Notes: generated by a model not told the origin, from the sequence alone. A stretch of DNA of 32,000 nucleotides from an uncultured archaeon (GCA_964595665.1 CAZQQS010000001.1:39820-71819); one strand, 5' to 3'; numbered from the stretch's first letter, positions 9,358-15,603 are shown. Made by a program: numbers and translations.

Positions 9358-9646
9358 TGAATTTTTAAACAAAAAAGAATTGCAAGGCGAAATTGTTATT
9401 TATAATTCTAATATAGATATAAGCAATAAAATAGTAGTTGTAGAAACTACAAATCCTTTTATGGCTCCTCAATTAGTTAATAGTATAGGTTTAATTGTAG
9501 AATCTGGAGGCTTATTAAGTCATACAGCTATATTTGCTAGAGAATTAAATATTCCTTGTGTTAGAATTGAAAATGCAACAAAACTATTTAAAAATGGTCA
9601 AAAAATAGAAATAAATGAGGCTGGAGAAGTAAATATTTTGAAGTGA
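9347..9646 (+). CDS. stand-alone PEP-utilizing-enzyme mobile (swivelling phosphohistidine) domain protein
   Basis: VVVETTNPFMAPQLVNSIGLIVESGGLLSHTAIFARELNIPCV matches the phosphohistidine domain of PEP synthase, PPDK and enzyme I, with catalytic His in SHTAI. Only 99 aa. Confidence 0.75.
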   Translation: MIINEFLNKKELQGEIVIYNSNIDISNKIVVVETTNPFMAPQLVNSIGLIVESGGLLSHTAIFARELNIPCVRIENATKLFKNGQKIEINEAGEVNILK

Positions 9647-9861
9647 TATATTAATTTTTTAAAAAGTTACAAAACACTATAAAGACCCTAAGAATTTATT
9701 GCAAAAGATAATGAATTATACCTCAAAACATTGAAAAACTAAAAAATGAGTATTTATAAGATTTTGCAACTTATTATTTATTGGCAAGAATAGGATTCTA
9801 TAGTGCCACCTATAACTATTATATATAAATTAAGATATAATATATAAACAGAGTGATTTTT

Positions 9862-10614
9862 ATGTTAAATAAGAAAGATTTTATTAAACAGACAGAAAAA
9901 GCGATTCAAGAATATTCTGAAAATAATATTGAAGAACAGAGTTTATTGAAAGCTTTATCTAATTATGATTTATATCAAAAACAATTTAATACTTTTTTTG
10001 AATATTTAAAAGATTGGTACAATTTACATAATAGTAAAAAATATGATGATTTGAAAAAAGATAATTATAAGTTTGTAAAATATTTAGCAGAAGCAGAAAT
10101 AAAAGAATTAGAAGATGAAATATATTTGTCTAAAGGTTTAGAAAAAGAGGATTTATTGCAAATCAAGAATTTAGCCGTTACATTAATAGCAATTTATTCA
10201 AATTCGTCTAAGATAGAGAATTTCTTAACAAAGAAAGTAAAATTAATGTATCCTAATTTAGTTAATATTTTAGGTCCAATATTAACTGTAAGATTTTTGA
10301 ATCAAGCACATTCTTTAGTTAGATTAGCTTTTTTACCCTCATCAACATTACAATTGTTTGGTGCAGAAACTGCAATGTTTAAGCATTTAAAATTTGGTAA
10401 AGATTGTCCGAAATATGGTTTATTATATTTACATCCATTAATGGCTGGTTTAACTGCTAATCAGAAAGGAAAGTTAGCAAGAGTAATGGCTAATAAGATT
10501 GCATTAGCATCAAAATATGATTTATTAAAAAAACCTTTACATGAAGAATTATTAGAAGATGTTGAAAAGAAACAAAAAGATTTATTAAAAGAAAAACCAT
10601 TAAAGAGAAGATGA
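9862..10614 (+). CDS. nop5: Nop5 (Nop56/58) C/D box sRNP core protein, short form with NOSIC and Nop domains only
   Basis: LKDWYNLH..., NOSIC-like region and Nop domain LVNILGPILTVRFLNQAHSLVRLAFLPSSTLQLFGAETAMFKHLKFG...PKYGLLYLHPLM. ATG at 9862 follows AGTGAT. Followed by fibrillarin. Confidence 0.8.
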   Translation: MLNKKDFIKQTEKAIQEYSENNIEEQSLLKALSNYDLYQKQFNTFFEYLKDWYNLHNSKKYDDLKKDNYKFVKYLAEAEIKELEDEIYLSKGLEKEDLLQIKNLAVTLIAIYSNSSKIENFLTKKVKLMYPNLVNILGPILTVRFLNQAHSLVRLAFLPSSTLQLFGAETAMFKHLKFGKDCPKYGLLYLHPLMAGLTANQKGKLARVMANKIALASKYDLLKKPLHEELLEDVEKKQKDLLKEKPLKRR

Positions 10615-10619
10615 TGTTT

Positions 10620-11255
10620 ATGAATTCAAATTTAGTTTATATAAAAGATAAATTATTTACAAAGAGTTTAGATAATTTAAAATGGTATGATGAGCAAGTA
10701 ATAAAGAAAGAAGATTATTATTTGAGAGAATGGAGTCCATTTTCTTCAAAGATTTCTGCAGCGATTAAGAAAGGTTTTGTTTTGCCTGATTTACAAAACA
10801 AAGAAATATTGTATTTAGGATCAAGTACAGGAACAACAATATCACATTTATCTGATTTGCAAGCAAAAGCAATTATTGGTGTAGATATTGCTTCAGTAAC
10901 AATGTTGCCATTTTTAGAGTTAGCGAAAAAAAGAGAAAATATTTATCCTTTATTATTTGATGCGGGTCATTTAGATGAATGCGATTTATTGAAAGGTCAA
11001 AAATTTGATTTTGTTTTTCAAGATATTGCTCAAAAGAATATGGTTGAAACATTTATTTTTAATATTAAATTATTTGGTAAAAATGGTTTCCATGCAATAG
11101 CTTTGAAAGCATCAAGTATTGATTCAACAAAAACTTCAAAACAAATTTTGGATTTATCTTTAAAGAAATTTGAAGATGCAAAAATTAAAGTTGAAAAGAT
11201 AATTGATTTGAGTCCATTTGAAAAGAATCATTATTTTATAGTAATAAGGTATTAA
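10620..11255 (+). CDS. flpA: fibrillarin-like rRNA/tRNA 2'-O-methyltransferase
   Basis: YLREWSPFSSKISAAIKKG, SAM motif ILYLGSSTGTTISHLSD, and DIAQ. Start ambiguous (ATG at 10611, 10614 or 10620); 10620 best fits the local GATGAT-N-ATG spacing. Confidence 0.85.
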   Translation: MNSNLVYIKDKLFTKSLDNLKWYDEQVIKKEDYYLREWSPFSSKISAAIKKGFVLPDLQNKEILYLGSSTGTTISHLSDLQAKAIIGVDIASVTMLPFLELAKKRENIYPLLFDAGHLDECDLLKGQKFDFVFQDIAQKNMVETFIFNIKLFGKNGFHAIALKASSIDSTKTSKQILDLSLKKFEDAKIKVEKIIDLSPFEKNHYFIVIRY

Positions 11256-11256
11256 A

Positions 11257-11811
11257 ATGGATTCAAAAAAAATTAAGACATTAATAATTTTCTTATTCTT
11301 ATTATTATTCTTAATAAGTTTTTCTTTATTTTTGTATTTATATGGTTTTGATTGGATTGTTAATACTTTGCATATAAGACATACTTATTTATTAGGGTTT
11401 TTTGCGTGTTTATTGGGTGGCATATCTACTATTTCAGCATCAATTTATTTGCCCATAATGACTTCTTTTGTTATTGCGGGTTCAAATCCTTTATTATTGG
11501 GTATAATTGGTGGAATTGGTTTAGCTATAAGTGATATATTTTTCTTTTATATTAGTTTAAAAGGTAGAGAATTAATCCCAAAGGGTAAATTTGAGGATTT
11601 TTTAATAAGATTAGAACAGAAGTTTATGCATTTGGGTAATTTTTGGGTTGGTTTATTTATAATTCTTTATGTAATGACTCCTTTTCCAAATGATATATTA
11701 AATTTAACCTTAGCTTTTGTTAAATACCCTACACATAAAGTGGTAAAATTTTTATTTGTTGGGGACATAATATATATGACTGCGTTTTGTTTAATTATAA
11801 GTTTATTTTGA
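11257..11811 (+). CDS. small polytopic membrane protein (tentatively DedA/VTT-like); paralog of 28126-28692
   Basis: 4-5 hydrophobic segments. Shares GGIGLAISDIFFFY and TPFPNDILN motifs and overall architecture with the 28126 ORF. Confidence 0.55.
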   Translation: MDSKKIKTLIIFLFLLLFLISFSLFLYLYGFDWIVNTLHIRHTYLLGFFACLLGGISTISASIYLPIMTSFVIAGSNPLLLGIIGGIGLAISDIFFFYISLKGRELIPKGKFEDFLIRLEQKFMHLGNFWVGLFIILYVMTPFPNDILNLTLAFVKYPTHKVVKFLFVGDIIYMTAFCLIISLF

Positions 11812-11820
11812 GGTGATTAT

Positions 11821-12342
11821 ATGGGAAATACTAAAGAGAATTTGTTGAGTGCATTTAGTGGCGAAAGTCAAGCAAGAAATAAATATGATTATTTTGCTAA
11901 AGTTGCTAGAAAAGAAGGTTATTTGTATATTGCAAAAATATTTGAAGAAACTGCATTAAATGAAATGCAACATGCAAAAGATGAATATAAATTATTAGAA
12001 GGTTTGGGTAATACTATTGATTGTTTAAAAAAAGCTATTGATGGCGAAAATTATGAAGTAAATGAAATGTACCCTGAATTTGCAAGAATTGCTAAAGAAG
12101 AGGGTAATTTAGAGGCATATAATTTATTTAATCAAATTGCAAAAGTAGAAAAAGAACATGAAGCAAGATATAGAAAGTTATTAGAATTGGTTGAACAAGG
12201 TAAAGTATATAAAAGAGATAATTCAATAAGGTGGAAATGTTCTAAATGTGGGTATATTCATGAAGGTACCGAACCACCTATAAAATGCCCTTCTTGTAAA
12301 CATGAAAAAGAATATTATGAACCAGAATGTATGGATTTTTAA
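11821..12342 (+). CDS. rbr: rubrerythrin
   Basis: Di-iron four-helix-bundle region (GESQARNKY..., EMQHAKDEY, EKEHEARY) plus a C-terminal rubredoxin-like CSKCG...CPSCKH. GAGGTGAT upstream. Confidence 0.9.
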   Translation: MGNTKENLLSAFSGESQARNKYDYFAKVARKEGYLYIAKIFEETALNEMQHAKDEYKLLEGLGNTIDCLKKAIDGENYEVNEMYPEFARIAKEEGNLEAYNLFNQIAKVEKEHEARYRKLLELVEQGKVYKRDNSIRWKCSKCGYIHEGTEPPIKCPSCKHEKEYYEPECMDF

Positions 12343-12472
12343 AAAATACATGTTATTTATTTAAAGGAAAACTATATATAGTGGGATAAATCATAATATA
12401 TTATTAGATTTACGAGGTGATGATTGATGAGTATAAATAATTCAAATAATAGAAGGGGTCAAGTTCATCACT

Positions 12473-12676
12473 TTGGAGACAATATATAAAGTATCATTGG
12501 ATAGTAAATCTAGACTAGTTTTACCTTTAGAAATACGCGATTCTTTGGGCTTAGATAAAAATAATAAGCAATTAATTCTAAAGCTTTTTAAGGATAACGA
12601 TTCATTATTATTAAAGTTAGAGAAGTCAGATTTATCTATTGGTAAGTTAGTTTCTAAAAATTGTATGCTATTATAA
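12473..12676 (+). CDS. SpoVT/AbrB-domain protein (antitoxin-like or small regulator), no adjacent toxin
   Basis: YKVSLDSKSRLVLPLEIRDSLGL is a typical AbrB swapped-hairpin motif. TTG is the only start in the frame (upstream TAA at 12434-12436). Confidence 0.6.
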   Translation: METIYKVSLDSKSRLVLPLEIRDSLGLDKNNKQLILKLFKDNDSLLLKLEKSDLSIGKLVSKNCMLL

Positions 12677-12678
12677 AA

Positions 12679-12696
12679 TTTGTGTTGGCACACAAA
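12679..12696. promoter_or_regulatory. palindrome TTTGTGT-TGGC-ACACAAA (copy 1 of 3 tRNA-associated palindromes)
   Basis: Perfect 7-bp inverted repeat with a 4-nt spacer, 3 nt after the AbrB stop and about 70 nt upstream of tRNA-His. Confidence 0.6.
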
Positions 12697-12764
12697 CTTT
12701 GTCTGAAAGACGTGTTTCTTTTGGATAAATTTTAGATTTTTCTTTACAAAGAAAAGGATATAGT

Positions 12765-12837
12765 GTCTGAGGTAGTCTAGTGGTTAGGATAGAAGACTGT
12801 GGATCTTCTGACCCGGGTTCGAATCCCGGTCTCGGAC
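12765..12837 (+). tRNA. tRNA-His (anticodon GUG) with genome-encoded G-1; no encoded CCA
   Basis: Manual cloverleaf. G-1 at 12765. Acceptor TCTGAGG/TCTCGGA (two G-U pairs). D arm GTCT-AGTGGTTA-GGAT. Anticodon arm GAAGA-CTGTGGA-TCTTC. T arm CCGGG-TTCGAAT-CCCGG. Discriminator C73 can pair with G-1. Confidence 0.9.
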
Positions 12838-12860
12838 CTTTTGTGGAATTGCAAATTCCA
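12817..12860 (+). repeat. 44-bp direct repeat, copy 1 (tRNA-His T-loop to 3' end plus a 23-nt trailer with most of a hairpin)
   Basis: GTTCGAATCCCGGTCTCGGACCTTTTGTGGAATTGCAAATTCCA is identical to 12931-12974. The trailer hairpin GTGGAATT-GCA-AATTCCAC spans 12843-12861. Confidence 0.95.
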
Positions 12861-12930
12861 CTCAAAGCCACGACTGTGGCTTTGGTAACATCTATTTTGG
12901 TAGGGCGGCAACCTTTTTCTAAAAGGGCTC

Positions 12931-12974
12931 GTTCGAATCCCGGTCTCGGACCTTTTGTGGAATTGCAAATTCCA
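12931..12974 (+). repeat. 44-bp direct repeat, copy 2 (partial tRNA-His 3' part, att-like)
   Basis: Exact copy 114 bp downstream of copy 1. The preceding bases GGCTC cannot form the T-stem 5' strand, so this is not a functional tRNA. Followed by a T6 run at 12979-12984. Confidence 0.95.
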
Positions 12975-13016
12975 AATCTTTTTTGATTCTTATTGTTTCG
13001 AGTGGCCATACTTGTT

Positions 13017-13034
13017 ATAAGTGTGCACACTTAT
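13017..13034. promoter_or_regulatory. 18-bp perfect palindrome ATAAGTGTGCACACTTAT, candidate operator of the RHH/MazF-like operon
   Basis: Perfect dyad symmetry checked base by base. Abuts the TATA-like TTTATAAA and lies about 40 bp upstream of the ATG at 13073. Confidence 0.5.
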
Positions 13035-13072
13035 TTATAAATCTTTTGTGTCTTATATTACTAGGTGATTTT

Positions 13073-13276
13073 ATGACTAATGTAACTTTTTCTTTACCCA
13101 ATGAAACTTATGCTTTTATGAAAAAATATAATGAAGTTAAATGGAGTGTTGTTGTTCAAAAATCAATAAATCAATATATTGCAAAATTAGAGCAAGATGA
13201 AGATTTTTTAGAAAAATATTCTGTTAAAAAATTGTTTGAAGAAGGTGAAGAAGCGGATGCAATCTTTGATTTATAA
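13073..13276 (+). CDS. putative antitoxin (small RHH/CopG-like protein)
   Basis: 67 aa. AGGTGAT precedes the ATG at 13073, which I prefer over the track start at 12983. N-terminal beta-strand-like MTNVTFSLPNETY followed by helices. Overlaps the downstream toxin-like gene. Confidence 0.5.
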   Translation: MTNVTFSLPNETYAFMKKYNEVKWSVVVQKSINQYIAKLEQDEDFLEKYSVKKLFEEGEEADAIFDL

Positions 13277-13607
13277 TTTTGGAGATATTTTTGTTGCAAA
13301 AAATCCATATTCTGATTTAGTTTCTAGTAAAACAAGACCTGTAATAATTATTAGTCCTAATAAGTATAATAATTTGTATCAAGATGTTGTAGTATTAAGT
13401 ATAACTACTCAAGATAAAGATCTTAATATTTCTCAATTAATTTCAAATAATGATTTAGTTGATAAAAAATTAAAACAAATTAGTTTTATAAGAGTAGATA
13501 AACCAAATTCAATATCTAAACAAATATTAGAATATAAAATAACATCTTTAAAACCAGAAATATTAATTAAATTAAAGCAAAAAATAAAAGAATTCTATAA
13601 TTTATGA
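13257..13607 (+). CDS. PemK/MazF-like toxin-fold protein
   Basis: GDIFVAKNPYSDLVSSKTRPVIIISPNKYNN...VVVLSITTQ resembles the MazF/PemK N-terminal SH3-like core. Start is ATG 13257 or 13236; both overlap the upstream gene. Confidence 0.6.
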   Translation: MQSLIYNFGDIFVAKNPYSDLVSSKTRPVIIISPNKYNNLYQDVVVLSITTQDKDLNISQLISNNDLVDKKLKQISFIRVDKPNSISKQILEYKITSLKPEILIKLKQKIKEFYNL

Positions 13608-13782
13608 TTCGTATGTTAAAATATGTTTATCATGGTAGAATTTAAAAATCAAAAACAGAATAAGAATATAGATTCTAAAAACTTATTGATGAAAAACACA
13701 ATGTTATATATTATTTTTATTAGAGAAACCTTTTTATAGTTTATCTATTTATTTAAGTATTATTCTTAGGAGGTATTTTAAA

Positions 13783-13986
13783 ATGGCTAAGAAAGTTAAT
13801 TGGGTAGCTGCATTGTTATTATCTATTTTTTTAGGTAGTTTTGGTGTAGATAGATTTTATATGGGTCAAGTAGGCTTAGGAATATTAAAATTAATCACTT
13901 TAGGTGGTTGTGGTATTTGGTCTTTAGTAGATATTATATTAATAGCTACAAAACATCAATATGAAGGTATTGAATGGGAATTTTAA
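13783..13986 (+). CDS. TM2 domain membrane protein
   Basis: LLSIFLGSFGVDRFYMGQVGLGILKLITLGGCGIWSLVDIILI matches the TM2 domain (two TM helices with the GxDRFY motif). GGAGG upstream. Confidence 0.8.
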   Translation: MAKKVNWVAALLLSIFLGSFGVDRFYMGQVGLGILKLITLGGCGIWSLVDIILIATKHQYEGIEWEF

Positions 13987-14175
13987 GGTGTTAAAATAAC
14001 ATCTTTCTTTTCTTCTTTTTTTTCTTTTTTTAAGAAAATTTGGGAAACGTTTTTAGATTTTCTAACATTATCAAATAGAAAATATAGGTTAATTGTTTTT
14101 TCAATAATAATTTTATTATTAGTAATTATTCCAGTATCAACATTAGAAAAGAGTCCAACTATAAGTATAAATTAT

Positions 14176-14412
14176 TTGCTCTTTAAACCATTTGAAGGTA
14201 AATGTGTTAACATTTTACAACACGATTATTGCGATTACCCTAGTAAAGGAATAACAAGAGGAGTTTCATCTATATTGCATTTAGAATTTGAGCAAGCATA
14301 TAATTACAATCCAATTTCGTTTTTGGTTTTATTAATTTTGTTTGGAATTATAATTTGGGATATTTTTTATTTAATATGTTCTTCTAAGAAATATTCAACT
14401 GCTTTTGGATAA
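14176..14412 (+). CDS. DUF2752-like membrane protein; start unresolved
   Basis: C...CDYPSKGITRG...AYNYNPISF plus a C-terminal TM resembles a degenerate DUF2752 (CPGCGxTRA...NP). The frame stays open upstream to 13987 and encodes a further TM helix, but has no ATG, GTG or TTG before 14176. Confidence 0.45.
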   Translation: MLFKPFEGKCVNILQHDYCDYPSKGITRGVSSILHLEFEQAYNYNPISFLVLLILFGIIIWDIFYLICSSKKYSTAFG

Positions 14413-15599
14413 ACTTCCCAAGACCAAACACCTTTCATTGCAGCAATATTAATTTTCTTTTCATTTTCTTTAAAATATGTTTTGCCAAATTTATTTTCAA
14501 TAGTGTTTAACATTTCATTATATTTTTTTAACCCAAATATATATCCTACTTTAGTCCAGGTTTGTAAAAATCTATTCTTTGAATCGTTTTTGAACCAATC
14601 TGCCCAATAATAATTTTTAGTTATTTTTAATATCTCATTATATCCATTAAATCCTTTTTCTTTTTGTTCTCTATCTTTAGTTAATCCAAAATATAATGAC
14701 TCTATTCTAAATTGTGTTTTTAATTCAGTATTTAATTTAGAATATTCTATATCAAAATTATTTAATTCTAATTCTTTATATTTATTTTTTAAAAAATCAA
14801 ATGCTTCGTTTTCTCTATAAGTTGCAATGCCTTCTGTTACAGGCATTTGTGAAAATAATCTAAAATCACTAGTTAATTGTAATGTTTTAGGTAGATCTCT
14901 AGAATATATTTGATGTGCTCCATGCCCTAATAGTTCATGGAAACCTACGCAATATGCATTAATTGGTTTAATTAATATTTTTTTGTTTTGTAAAATATGA
15001 TAAAAACCATATGATCCTAAATTCAATATTTTTTTGTCAGCTTGCCAATAACTCATTTCTGTATTTGTTTCTTTAGGGGGTAATAAAAATATGTTATAAT
15101 CAAAATTTTTAGGCAAATATTTTTTTTTGATTCCATATGTTAAAATATCTTTTTTTATTTTTGGTAAAATATTTTTAGTTAATTCTTTTGCATCATCAGT
15201 AAATCTGTTTATCTTAATTTTATTAACTTCTCGTTCCATTTCAGAATATTTCCATTTTTTTTCATAGGGTACATTTTTCATATGGTATTCTAAATATTTA
15301 AATGAACCTTTACCCATTGTACTATCTAACATTTTTTTTACAGTATAAGGAGAATCTTTGTTTGTAAAAAAATCAATTATTATATCATTTATTTTTAAGT
15401 TAGATAAAATATTTTCTAAATATAATTCTTCAAAATAATTTTTAGAATTTGAATCATTAACTTTATTTTTTATTTCTTTTAGTTTTTTAGTATATAATTC
15501 TTTTACATATAAATTGCTTTTATTATTTAATAGTGTGGATATTAATATATAAAAATCATATATATCCAAATCTAATTTTTGTAATTCTTTACTTAACAT
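14367..15599 (-). CDS. HExxH protein, gluzincin-like putative metallopeptidase (DUF885-like pattern)
   Basis: GFHELLGHGAHQ followed 29 aa after the HExxH motif by TEGIATYRENE (HExxH ... E, as in gluzincins and DUF885). ATG at 15599 lies 4 nt after the ATPase stop and is preferred over the overlapping 15638 start. Confidence 0.55.
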   Translation of the reverse strand: MLSKELQKLDLDIYDFYILISTLLNNKSNLYVKELYTKKLKEIKNKVNDSNSKNYFEELYLENILSNLKINDIIIDFFTNKDSPYTVKKMLDSTMGKGSFKYLEYHMKNVPYEKKWKYSEMEREVNKIKINRFTDDAKELTKNILPKIKKDILTYGIKKKYLPKNFDYNIFLLPPKETNTEMSYWQADKKILNLGSYGFYHILQNKKILIKPINAYCVGFHELLGHGAHQIYSRDLPKTLQLTSDFRLFSQMPVTEGIATYRENEAFDFLKNKYKELELNNFDIEYSKLNTELKTQFRIESLYFGLTKDREQKEKGFNGYNEILKITKNYYWADWFKNDSKNRFLQTWTKVGYIFGLKKYNEMLNTIENKFGKTYFKENEKKINIAAMKGVWSWEVYPKAVEYFLEEHIK

Positions 15600-15603
15600 A
15601 AAA

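Noticed and set aside
9647-9861. C/D box sRNA in the 206-bp gap upstream of Nop5-fibrillarin. The gaps at 8345-8502 and 12343-12472 were also checked.
   Set aside because: No RUGAUGA with CUGA box pair at suitable spacing on either strand. The TGATGA-like strings at 12424-12430 and on the minus strand at 12464-12470 have no D box (CTGA) nearby.
12861-12952. Possible second tRNA, or an intron-containing or split tRNA, using the duplicated 3' part.
   Set aside because: No 5' acceptor strand complementary to TCTCGGA occurs in the spacer. The bases before the duplicated T-loop (GGCTC) cannot pair with CCCGG. The GACTGTGG match sits in a 4-nt-loop hairpin rather than a 7-nt anticodon loop. The 8-mer match might be chance.
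12671-13030. ORFs of 63-119 aa on both strands (12671-13030, 12777-12968, 12780-12986) spanning the tRNA-His region, with the peptide SNPGLGPFVELQIP repeated twice.
   Set aside because: They translate the tRNA gene and its 44-bp duplicate. The repeated peptide simply reflects the DNA direct repeat. It is not coding.
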